Source of the DNA: Escherichia phage 172-1
Strand: one strand, 5' to 3'
Length of the DNA stretch: 64,000 nt
Sequence record: NC_028903.1
Under the pieces are notes generated by a model, which worked only from the letters and a program-made list of their open reading frames with translations, was not told the DNA's origin and ran no database searches. A program made the position numbers and the translations under genes. Below are positions 1 through 8,707 of this stretch, one piece after another (position 1 is the first letter of the stretch; every line of letters begins with the position of its first letter).

Positions 1-42
1 CTCCCTTCTTTTATTTAAGCTATCAACCGAGGGAGAGAATAG

Positions 43-2286
43 ATGGCTAAGCAAAAATATAGTGAAGAGGTGTTGGACGAGTTACGTGTTGACCTTCAAC
101 GTCGTTTTAATTACGCTCAAGGCTACGTAGACACAGCTGTTAAGGGCTATGCTCGTGAAGCTTGGGAATATTTCTATGGTAACTTACCTGCACCAGTAAC
201 TGCTGGCAGCTCTAGTTGGGTAGATCGTACTGTTTGGGAATCTGTTAACGGTACACTGCAAGATATTATTAACGTATTCTGTTCTGGTGATGAAGCAGTT
301 ACTTTTGTAGCTGACAACCAACAGGACTCTGATGCTGCTGATGTAGCAACTAAATTAGTTAACCAAATTCTTCTGCGTGATAATCCGGGATACAATATTA
401 TCTCCTCTGCTGCACAAGAATGTCTGGTTACTCGTAACTCTTTTATCAAATACTATTGGGATGAGCACACTTCTACTCAAACTGAAGAAGCTGAAGGTGT
501 ACCACCGGAAGCATTGGCTGCATATGTTCAGGGATTAGAAGCTGGTGGACTCAAGAATCTGGAAATCTTCACTGAAGAAAACGAAGATGGTACAGTTGAT
601 GTTAAAGTTACTTACGAACAAACTGTTAAACGTGTGAAAGTTGAATATGTTCCTTCAGAGCAAATCTTTGTTGATGAACATGCTACCTCTTTTGCAGATG
701 CACAATACTTCTGTCATCGTGTACGTCGTTCTAAAGAAGATCTGGTTGCTATGGGCTTCCCTAAAGATGAGATTGAAGCATTCAACGACTGGACAGACAC
801 GATGGATACCACTCAATCTACAGTTGCTTGGTCTCGTACTGACTGGCGTCAGGACATTGATGCTGACATTGGTACAGATACTGAAGATATCGCTACTATG
901 GTTTGGGTTTATGAGCACTACATCCGTACTGGTGTTCTAGATAAGAATAAAGAATCTAAACTCTATCAGGTTATTCAAGCTGGTGAGCATATCCTTCACA
1001 CTGAAGAAGTAACTCACATTCCGTTTGTAACCTTCTGTCCGTATCCGATTCCGGGTTCCTTCTACGGTCAATCAGTCTATGACATTACGAAAGATATTCA
1101 GGATTTACGTACCGCGTTAGTTCGTGGTTATATTGATAACGTCAACAATGCTAACTATGGTCGATACAAAGCTCTTGTTGGTGCATACGATCGTCGCTCT
1201 CTGCTTGATAACCGTCCCGGTGGAGTGGTTGAAATGGAACGTCAGGACGCTATTGATCTGTTCCCATACCATAACCTACCTCAAGGTATTGACGGCCTCC
1301 TAGGCATGTCTGAGGAGCTTAAAGAGACACGTACCGGTGTAACTAAACTTGGCATGGGTATCAACCCTGATGTGTTTAAGAATGATAACGCTTATGCAAC
1401 CGTAGGATTGATGATGAATGCTGCACAGAACCGTCTCCGTATGGTATGTCGTAACATTGCTCACAATGGTATGGTTGAATTGATGCGTGGTATTTACAGC
1501 CTTATCAGAGAAAACGGTGAAGTTCCTATTGAGGTACAAACCCCTCGTGGTATGGTTCAGGTTAACCCGAAACAATTACCAGCTCGTCATAATCTTCAAG
1601 TTGTTGTAGCCATCTCTCCTAATGAGAAAGCAGAACGTGCACAGAAACTGATTAGCTTGAAACAGCTGATTGCAGCAGATGCACAGTTAGCACCTCTCTT
1701 CGGTTTGGAGCAAGACCGTTACATGACTGCACAGATCTTTGAGTTGATGGGTATTAAGGACACTCATAAATACTTACTGCCTCTGGAACAGTATCAGCCT
1801 CCTGAGCCGTCTCCGATGGAAATCCTCCAGCTTGAGATGACTAAAGCACAGGTTGAGAACGTACAGGCTTCTTCTCAGAAGATGATTGCTGATGCATTCG
1901 ACCAGCGTGAACGTACTACATTCGAACAGCAGAAAGCTGCGGATGAATTAAGTCTGCGTCAGGAAGAGTTGCAGTTCAAGCAAGAAAATGCAGCAGATGC
2001 TATGACTCTGGAAAACCGTAAAGAAGATAACAATGCAACTCTGGAACAAGCTAAGCACAAGTTAGCTCTTATGCAACAGCAGGTCCGTCAGTATGAGTCT
2101 GTACTGAAAGAATTGCAGATGGTTATGGAACATCAGGTTGACCAAGAGAAGATTGTTCAGCAAACTCGTGTTCAGGATAAAACTTTGGAACTCCAGAAGA
2201 AAGAAGCAAATGTAACTAAGAAAGAGCAACAAGCTTCTCTCAAAGATTCACGGATTCCAGGCAAACGTCTTGGAAGTAAAAAGTAA
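43..2286 (+). CDS. portal protein (putative)
   Basis: 747-aa ORF opening the + strand morphogenesis block, directly upstream of acidic scaffold and capsid genes; charged coiled-coil C-terminal tail; call by position and size. Confidence 0.55.
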   Translation: MAKQKYSEEVLDELRVDLQRRFNYAQGYVDTAVKGYAREAWEYFYGNLPAPVTAGSSSWVDRTVWESVNGTLQDIINVFCSGDEAVTFVADNQQDSDAADVATKLVNQILLRDNPGYNIISSAAQECLVTRNSFIKYYWDEHTSTQTEEAEGVPPEALAAYVQGLEAGGLKNLEIFTEENEDGTVDVKVTYEQTVKRVKVEYVPSEQIFVDEHATSFADAQYFCHRVRRSKEDLVAMGFPKDEIEAFNDWTDTMDTTQSTVAWSRTDWRQDIDADIGTDTEDIATMVWVYEHYIRTGVLDKNKESKLYQVIQAGEHILHTEEVTHIPFVTFCPYPIPGSFYGQSVYDITKDIQDLRTALVRGYIDNVNNANYGRYKALVGAYDRRSLLDNRPGGVVEMERQDAIDLFPYHNLPQGIDGLLGMSEELKETRTGVTKLGMGINPDVFKNDNAYATVGLMMNAAQNRLRMVCRNIAHNGMVELMRGIYSLIRENGEVPIEVQTPRGMVQVNPKQLPARHNLQVVVAISPNEKAERAQKLISLKQLIAADAQLAPLFGLEQDRYMTAQIFELMGIKDTHKYLLPLEQYQPPEPSPMEILQLEMTKAQVENVQASSQKMIADAFDQRERTTFEQQKAADELSLRQEELQFKQENAADAMTLENRKEDNNATLEQAKHKLALMQQQVRQYESVLKELQMVMEHQVDQEKIVQQTRVQDKTLELQKKEANVTKKEQQASLKDSRIPGKRLGSKK

Positions 2287-2295
2287 GGACGTCGA

Positions 2296-2532
2296 ATGAA
2301 CATTAGGCATCAATTCAATAAAGAGCACGCCGCCGCTTTGGCGGCTCTCAATCTTAACGGCAGTCTTGACGCAGCATTAGAGGCATTGAAAGAAAGACTC
2401 ATGACAGAGATAGTTCAAACTGAACCTCATGAGAATAAGAAACGCGAAGATTGTTATCAAAAGTATAAAATGGTGGGTAGCTTAAAAGAGGTCATAAAAG
2501 CTGCTATCAATAGTGCAGGAGATGTTTCATAA
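2296..2532 (+). CDS. hypothetical small protein
   Basis: 78-aa ORF between portal and scaffold genes, same strand, tight spacing. Confidence 0.4.
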   Translation: MNIRHQFNKEHAAALAALNLNGSLDAALEALKERLMTEIVQTEPHENKKREDCYQKYKMVGSLKEVIKAAINSAGDVS

Positions 2533-3617
2533 TGCCACAAGATAATTATATTGACCCGAACGATTTTAAATCTTTCCTCCAACTGGATGACCTGAAAGGC
2601 TCTTTTAAAGAAGAGCTTGGTCGATTAGAATCTGAACAAGAACCAGAAGTGGACATTGACGACGAGTTCCCGGAAGATACCGGTGACAACTTCGACTTTG
2701 ATACCGACCTTCTCGGTGAAAGCGATGAGCTTAAGTTCGAAGATGAAGATGGTTGGGAAGATCATGATGAGGAAGGCGAAGTCGAAGAAGATGGGGATGA
2801 CTCTGACGAAGGTGATGAAAACACTGAAGCAGAAGAGGAAGACTCAAGCGATGCAGGATATGAAGATGATTCTGCTGACGGTGATGGTGAAGTCTTTGAT
2901 GTAGACTACGAAACCGTTATCACCCTTCCTGATGGACGTGAGATGACTATTGAAGAACTCTCCAATGGCTATCTTACTGGTGCTGACATGACTGAACGAG
3001 AATCAACTCTTCAGCGTCACATGGAAGCATTTGAGGAACGTGTAGTAGGTTTGAAGGATGTATTAGAATTAGCGTCTTTAGAAGCAGACCGAGTAATTGA
3101 AGATTACAACGGATTTGATTGGGACAAGCTTGCAGTAGAAGATCCTCAAGCATATGTTGAAAACAAACGTTTCCTAGAGAAGTACACAGCTCGTCGTAAC
3201 CAGCTTGAACAGGCTCAGATGCGTGTTAAGCAGGAAGCAGCAGCTAAAGAACAGGAAGCTTTCCAAGCCAAAAGTGTTGAGTGCGTTAATATTCTGAAAC
3301 GTGAGATTCCAAATTGGGATGAAAACTTATATCAAAACTTAATGCAATATGCAATTGACTTAGGTGCTACTGAAGAAGAAGTATTGAAGGAAAACCGTCC
3401 GTCTATTTTCCTAGCTCTCCATAAAGCATACCAATTTGATAAAGGTAAGCAGCAGGTGATGGCTAAGATTAAACGTCCCGGTGCTCCACGCAAGGTTGTG
3501 AAGTCTGATGCTGCAAAGTCTCGTACTTCCAATAAGCCAGACAACGCTAAGGTTGCCAAGGCATTCGCAGAGGGTCGCGTTAGTCACGAAGACGCATTCA
3601 AATTCCTCGTAGATTAA
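2532..3617 (+). CDS. scaffolding protein (putative)
   Basis: 361 aa, extremely Asp/Glu-rich N-terminal half, helical C-terminus, located between portal and capsid. Confidence 0.55.
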   Translation: MPQDNYIDPNDFKSFLQLDDLKGSFKEELGRLESEQEPEVDIDDEFPEDTGDNFDFDTDLLGESDELKFEDEDGWEDHDEEGEVEEDGDDSDEGDENTEAEEEDSSDAGYEDDSADGDGEVFDVDYETVITLPDGREMTIEELSNGYLTGADMTERESTLQRHMEAFEERVVGLKDVLELASLEADRVIEDYNGFDWDKLAVEDPQAYVENKRFLEKYTARRNQLEQAQMRVKQEAAAKEQEAFQAKSVECVNILKREIPNWDENLYQNLMQYAIDLGATEEEVLKENRPSIFLALHKAYQFDKGKQQVMAKIKRPGAPRKVVKSDAAKSRTSNKPDNAKVAKAFAEGRVSHEDAFKFLVD

Positions 3618-3658
3618 TCGACAAATTAATTATTTAATAGTATAGGAGCTAACATAAC

Positions 3659-4720
3659 ATGGCTAATCCAACTTTATTTGTATCGTATGACCAGAATGGT
3701 AAAAAACTTTCTTTTGCTAACTGGATTTCTGTTCTGTCCCCTCAGGATACTCCGTTCGTATCTATGACCGGTAAAGAGTCTATCAACCAGACTATCTTTA
3801 GCTGGCAGACCGATGCACTGGCAAGCGTTGATGGTAATAACGCACACGTCGAAGGCTCTCGTGCTGAAGACGGCGAAATGAAACCGACTGTTATCAAGTC
3901 TAACGTTACTCAGATTCTGCGTAAGGTTGTTCGTGTTTCTGACACTGCTAACACCACCGCTAACTACGGTCGTGGTCGTGAACTGATGTATCAGCTGGAG
4001 AAGAAAGGTAAAGAGATCAAGCGTGACCTCGAGAAAATCCTTCTGTCCGGTCAGGCTCGTACCGACGTTCTGGCTGACCAGTATCTGACTAACTCCGCAG
4101 CTGATCCGACTCAGATTGGTAAGAACGACACCCATGCAGCTCGTAAGACTGGTGCATTCCAGTTCCTGTGTGCTCACGGCGGTCTGACTGGTGGCGTTGT
4201 TGACAAAACCAAGAATGGTCCTGCTGACCCAGATACCGGTGCTGTAACTGTTAAAGTTGCACAGAACACTTCTAACCCGGCTACTAACATCGGTTTTGAT
4301 GAAGCAGATATCTTTGATATGACTCTGCAACTTTACACCGCTGGTTCTGAAGCAGATATCATCATGATTAACCCGGCTCATGCTAAGATCTTCGCTGGTC
4401 TGCAAGAAAACACTCAGGGTTCACGTAAGCGTATCTTTGAGAACACCAAGCAGTTCATCTACGAAGTTAACAGCATCACTGACCCGCTGGGCCAGAGCTA
4501 CAAAATCATCGTTAACCGTTGGATGCCTACCGATGCAGTTTACTTCTTCCGTAGCGCTGACTGGACCCAGATGGTTCTGCGTGCTCCGAAACGTACCGAA
4601 CTGGCAAAAGATGGTTCTTACGAAAAATGGATGATTGAGATGGAAGTTGGTCTGCGTCACCGCAACCCGTATGCTTCCGGTGTTCTGTTCACTGCTGCGG
4701 GAAAGGCAGTGGCGGCGTAA
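3659..4720 (+). CDS. major capsid protein
   Basis: 353-aa ORF after scaffold gene with RBS aggag upstream; size and position typical of HK97-fold capsid; followed by Ig-domain frame. Confidence 0.65.
   Translation: MANPTLFVSYDQNGKKLSFANWISVLSPQDTPFVSMTGKESINQTIFSWQTDALASVDGNNAHVEGSRAEDGEMKPTVIKSNVTQILRKVVRVSDTANTTANYGRGRELMYQLEKKGKEIKRDLEKILLSGQARTDVLADQYLTNSAADPTQIGKNDTHAARKTGAFQFLCAHGGLTGGVVDKTKNGPADPDTGAVTVKVAQNTSNPATNIGFDEADIFDMTLQLYTAGSEADIIMINPAHAKIFAGLQENTQGSRKRIFENTKQFIYEVNSITDPLGQSYKIIVNRWMPTDAVYFFRSADWTQMVLRAPKRTELAKDGSYEKWMIEMEVGLRHRNPYASGVLFTAAGKAVAA
4699..4705 (+). other. putative -1 programmed ribosomal frameshift slippery heptamer G_GGA_AAG
   Basis: GGGAAAG in capsid 0-frame (codons gga aag), 13 nt before capsid stop; -1 frame open from 4639 to 5247. 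Confidence 0.5.
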
Positions 4721-5247
4721 CAGTAGATACCATAACTGTTAGTCCTTCGTCGGTTGCAAGCCTTCCGACGGGGGCTACTCAGCAGTTTACAGCTACAGCA
4801 CAAATGAGTGATAGCTCCACATCAACAACTGGATTTGTTTGGTCCGTTGAGGGTGGTGGGGCTATTTCTGTTTCTGGACTGTACACTGCACCGAGTGCGT
4901 CGCAAGAAACCCCGATCACAGTGAAAGCTACTAAAGGTGGTAAATCCGGTACATCTACAATCTCAGCTATTGCTGACCCTGAACCTACAATTGTAAGTCG
5001 TGGTCCTATTGCTGGTAAAGTCGGTGGTTCTACTACTGCCTTCTCTACAATGTTTACTGTAACCAATTCTGCTGGTAGTGATTATGATTTTGTTGTAACC
5101 CCTACTGAAGCAGGTGCTGTCAGTGCAGCTGGTCTTTTGACTCTTGCTGATGCTGCTACTGGTACAGTCTCTGTTGCAGCTACACACAAGACTAAACCTC
5201 TTGTAACAGCCACTTGTGAATTCACAGGTGTTACCCCCAAAGCCTAA
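4699..5247 (+). CDS. capsid C-terminal extension with Ig-like (Big_2) domains, predicted -1 frameshift product
   Basis: -1 frame after slip reads GKGSGGVTVDTITVSPSSVASLPTGATQQFTATA..., a Gly linker plus Big_2-type motif that starts upstream of the ATG at 4804 of the listed ORF 4804..5247; no SD before that ATG. Confidence 0.5.
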   Translation, partial: GKGSGGVTVDTITVSPSSVASLPTGATQQFTATAQMSDSSTSTTGFVWSVEGGGAISVSGLYTAPSASQETPITVKATKGGKSGTSTISAIADPEPTIVSRGPIAGKVGGSTTAFSTMFTVTNSAGSDYDFVVTPTEAGAVSAAGLLTLADAATGTVSVAATHKTKPLVTATCEFTGVTPKA

Positions 5248-5253
5248 AACTAA

Positions 5254-5282
5254 AGCTGCCTTCGGGTGGCTTTTCTTGTTTT
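5254..5282 (+). terminator. rho-independent terminator (UUCG tetraloop hairpin + T-run)
   Basis: agctgcc-ttcg-ggtggct followed by ttttcttgtttt. Confidence 0.6.
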
Positions 5283-5304
5283 AAGACCTATACAAGCTAG
5301 TGTG

Positions 5305-5313
5305 TAATGTATA
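5305..5313 (+). promoter_or_regulatory. TAATGTATA promoter-like motif
   Basis: exact 9-mer 33 nt upstream of ATG 5347; same 9-mer recurs at 22172, 31700 and in reverse at 31628. Confidence 0.35.
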
Positions 5314-5346
5314 TTCTTTGTCTACATATAACAAGGAGGACAACCT

Positions 5347-6099
5347 ATGGCGATGCCAGAAGTGCAAAACCCGATTAACACGTATGGCTGGCTTAAGAAA
5401 GCTGTTGCCTTGTGGGCCGATCGAGACGATGATGAATTTGTTAATCAAATTCCAAACTTTATTAACTTTGCAGAGAAAGAGATTTATCGTAACTTACGTA
5501 TCCCTCCTCTGGAAAAAGAAGTGTATTTAGATATTAAAGATGGAGTAGCTTACATTCCTCCTGATTACTTAGAAGCTCAGTGGATGATGAGAGCCAAAGA
5601 TGGTACAATCTTCCAAGTAACGTCTCCTGAAGAGATTAGCTATCGTAGACAGCATGGAACAATTAACCCATCTCATTGGAATAACCAACCTGTTAACTTT
5701 GCTCGTTTCGGTAGTCGTTTCATTTTCTATCCTAGCATCGAAGCAGATACTCCTGTTTATCCTGATGATGGAAGCCCTTTGATTCCAGCAGAAAACTCAG
5801 TAATTCTCAGTTATTATGCAGACCCACCGGAATTCCATGAAGATACAGACACTAGTGCTATCCTTACTATTGCACCAGAACTTCTTCTATATTTCACTCT
5901 ACGTCATGCTTGCTTGTTTGTTCAAGATGATAATGGAGTTCAGAAATGGTCTGCATTAGGAAAAGCTATCCTTGATGAAATGGTAGAGCAGAATAAGAAA
6001 CAAGAGTACTCAGGTTCACCTATCGCAATTCCGAATAACATGACTCGGCTTCAGAGCAGCTTGCCTGACATTTATGGTATTCGTACTTCTCGTGTATAA
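5347..6099 (+). CDS. virion structural protein (adaptor or tail tubular candidate)
   Basis: 250-aa ORF with strong RBS aaggagga, positioned between capsid and tail fiber genes. Confidence 0.4.
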   Translation: MAMPEVQNPINTYGWLKKAVALWADRDDDEFVNQIPNFINFAEKEIYRNLRIPPLEKEVYLDIKDGVAYIPPDYLEAQWMMRAKDGTIFQVTSPEEISYRRQHGTINPSHWNNQPVNFARFGSRFIFYPSIEADTPVYPDDGSPLIPAENSVILSYYADPPEFHEDTDTSAILTIAPELLLYFTLRHACLFVQDDNGVQKWSALGKAILDEMVEQNKKQEYSGSPIAIPNNMTRLQSSLPDIYGIRTSRV

Positions 6100-6108
6100 G
6101 GAGATAAT

Positions 6109-8667
6109 ATGATCGTTTATAATAACCAAGCACCTGATGCAGTGAATAACGTTGGGCAGTTTGGTGCTACTGAAGGCTCTATCGGAGCTTACAAGCAAGC
6201 AGCAGAATACGCAGCTGACTCCAAATATTGGGCACTGCTAGCGGAATCTAAGTTTGGTACAATTGATGACTTGATCGCTGAAGTAGAACGTCTGTATCAA
6301 CAAGGTGTTCTGATGAAGCAGGATATTGAAGATCTTAAACAAGATTTTAAAGATCAAGATGCTCGTCTTATGACCTTGATTGCCCAGACTAACGCAGCTG
6401 TTTCTGATGCGAATAACGCTGTTGCTTTAATCAATCAGAAACTTATTGAAGTCCAGAATCAGCTTGACGTTCTGTTAGGAATGTCCGTTGATGTAACCAC
6501 ACTTCCTCCGGGAACTCCGGCTACTGGTTCTTTTAATCCTAACACTGGTGTAATCTCTCTAGGTATCCCAGAAGGCGAACCCGGAAAGGATGGTTCTGTT
6601 AAGGATTTAGACACAGCTCCTACTGGTGTTCCAGAGCTAGGTGATTTAGGTTTCTATGTTGACAAAGATGACAATACCGTCCACAAAACTACTCTAGATA
6701 ACATTGCTAACTTAATCCCATCTGTTCGTTCTGTCTCTATTAACGGCGGTCCAGCTCTTGATGGAGAGGTTGCTCTAACACTTAACAAAGAGACGGTAGG
6801 TTTAGGAAATGTTCTGAACGTCGCTCAGTACAGTCGTCAAGAGATTAATGACAAATTTGACAAGACTACCAAGACATACCAATCAAAAGCAGAAGCTGAT
6901 GCTGATGCTCAGTATCGTCAAGTAGGTGAGAAAGTTTTAGTTTGGGAAGCTACTAAGTATGAATTCTATACTGTTGCTGCTAACAAAACACTGACTCCTG
7001 TTAAAACTGAAGGTAGAATTCTTACCGTTAACTCTCGCTCTCCAGACTCAAGCGGTAATATCGATATCACGATTCCAACAGGTAACCCGTCTTTGTATCT
7101 TGGTGAAATGGTAATGTTCCCTTACGACCCATCTAAGAATATCTCCTACCCAGGAGTTCTTCCTGCTGATGGTCGTCTGGTATCAAAAGAATCTGCTCTC
7201 GACTTAGGCCCATCTCTTGTCAGTGGTCAGCTTCCTGTAGTCTCTGAAACTGAATGGCAAGCAGGGTCTAAACAATATTTCTCATGGGGTAAGCTAGCAG
7301 ATGGGATTACTGATGCGGATTCTACTAATTTCATCAATATTCGACTTCCTGATTGGACTGGAGGGGAGGCAATAAGAGCACCAGATTCTGATAAAGATTC
7401 TCAATACAATGGGTCTGTACAGGCTCAGAAACCTTATGTTGTCACGGTAAATAACCAAGCTCCTGATGAGATTACAGGGAACGTAACCCTCTCCAGATCT
7501 ATCTTGGGAGCAGCTTCTTCTGGTGCAAACTCTGATATAACATCCCTGACAGGACTCACTACAGCTCTCTCTATCGCTCAAGGTGGTACAGGAGGGAAAA
7601 CTCCATCTGAAGCTAGGGCAAACCTAAATCTTGAAAGATTTCAACAAGACAACTCGCAGACTTTGATATATTCTCCTGATTATGCCCGTCGTGTTTATGT
7701 TGACAACACTGGTGGTTCTTGGGGGTGCCAGAACGTAACAGATGGCGGTTTTATTGCTCTTGGTATTCCTCAAGGGGGTACAGGAGCTAAGGATGCTGCT
7801 GGTGCACGAAGTAATCTCGGTTTGGGTTCAGTGTCCACACTAAACAATATACCCGTAGCTAATGGAGGTACTGGAGCAACTACTGCTGCTGGTGCTCGTT
7901 CCAACTTAGGTCTTGGGAGTGTTTCTACTCTGGATAATGTACCTATTGCTAATGGTGGGACAGGGGCAGCTGATGCTGCTGGTGCAAGGTTTAATATTGG
8001 AGCACTAAGTAGCACCCCAGCAAATACAGGTGTTGGTGGTACTGGTAATCGCGTCCAACATGCATCCGGGAATGGCCTGTTTACTTTAGACATGTTTAAC
8101 TGCTACTGGTATATGCAGCCAGAGGATACTAACTTCTGGGTTGCCCACAGTGTATCATATGCAGGATCTGGTGGCGAAGCCTCTGGATACGGTCGTATAA
8201 CTTACGCAATAAAGATTGCAGATGGAACAACAAAATATGTCCATTGTCTTACAAACAAAAATACTATTACCGATGTAAGCGGTTTTATCAAAGCGGCATC
8301 TCCGGTAGTTAATATTTACGCCAACGGTCGATATGAGACGAACGATGAATCTGAGGGGGTCAATGTCATTCGGCAAGGTGTCGGTGAGTATTTGATTACC
8401 GGTTGCCTAGGCTTAAACGCAGATGCAAAATGGGGAGGTATCGACGGCGGCTTTGAAATCCCTATTGACCGCAACAAACAGCCTAGGGTTTGGCTTGATT
8501 ATGAGGTTAAAGAAGATGGTTCTATTTTAGTCAAGACCTATCACAGAACCCATTCAACATCCCCAGTTTTTGCTAGAAACGAGTTGGAAGGTTTTTCTGA
8601 CGGTGACCCAATCGATATCCCTGCCGATGCTTTCGTATCAGTTCGTGTTGAAATGCCTTCTAATTAA
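6109..8667 (+). CDS. tail fiber protein
   Basis: 852 aa; tandem fiber-type repeats GGTGA..AAGARSNLGLGSVSTL(N/D)N(I/V)P(V/I)ANGGTGA in the central region. Confidence 0.6.
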   Translation: MIVYNNQAPDAVNNVGQFGATEGSIGAYKQAAEYAADSKYWALLAESKFGTIDDLIAEVERLYQQGVLMKQDIEDLKQDFKDQDARLMTLIAQTNAAVSDANNAVALINQKLIEVQNQLDVLLGMSVDVTTLPPGTPATGSFNPNTGVISLGIPEGEPGKDGSVKDLDTAPTGVPELGDLGFYVDKDDNTVHKTTLDNIANLIPSVRSVSINGGPALDGEVALTLNKETVGLGNVLNVAQYSRQEINDKFDKTTKTYQSKAEADADAQYRQVGEKVLVWEATKYEFYTVAANKTLTPVKTEGRILTVNSRSPDSSGNIDITIPTGNPSLYLGEMVMFPYDPSKNISYPGVLPADGRLVSKESALDLGPSLVSGQLPVVSETEWQAGSKQYFSWGKLADGITDADSTNFINIRLPDWTGGEAIRAPDSDKDSQYNGSVQAQKPYVVTVNNQAPDEITGNVTLSRSILGAASSGANSDITSLTGLTTALSIAQGGTGGKTPSEARANLNLERFQQDNSQTLIYSPDYARRVYVDNTGGSWGCQNVTDGGFIALGIPQGGTGAKDAAGARSNLGLGSVSTLNNIPVANGGTGATTAAGARSNLGLGSVSTLDNVPIANGGTGAADAAGARFNIGALSSTPANTGVGGTGNRVQHASGNGLFTLDMFNCYWYMQPEDTNFWVAHSVSYAGSGGEASGYGRITYAIKIADGTTKYVHCLTNKNTITDVSGFIKAASPVVNIYANGRYETNDESEGVNVIRQGVGEYLITGCLGLNADAKWGGIDGGFEIPIDRNKQPRVWLDYEVKEDGSILVKTYHRTHSTSPVFARNELEGFSDGDPIDIPADAFVSVRVEMPSN

Positions 8668-8676
8668 TTTAACAAC

Positions 8677-8695
8677 GCTCCCTTCGGGGAGCTTT
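8677..8695 (+). terminator. UUCG-tetraloop hairpin, weak terminator
   Basis: gctccc-ttcg-gggagc followed by ttt only. Confidence 0.3.
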
Positions 8696-8707
8696 AAGGA
8701 GATTTAA

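Noticed and set aside
174-1575. Antisense or alternate-frame ORFs inside the portal gene (174..449, 641..940, 655..918, 1300..1575)
   Set aside because: All are embedded in the 747-aa ORF, short, and lack start contexts
2656-2904. 82-aa alternate-frame ORF within the scaffold gene
   Set aside because: Lys/Met-rich frame artefact of the acidic GA-rich scaffold coding sequence
3674-4405. 243-aa ORF antisense to the major capsid gene
   Set aside because: Entirely inside and opposite a well-supported capsid ORF; low-complexity composition, no RBS; treated as a chance antisense frame
4804-5247. Ig-like ORF as an independently initiated gene
   Set aside because: The Ig-like domain begins before the listed ATG and there is no SD; better explained as the -1 frameshift extension of the capsid gene, so the standalone interpretation is set aside but not excluded
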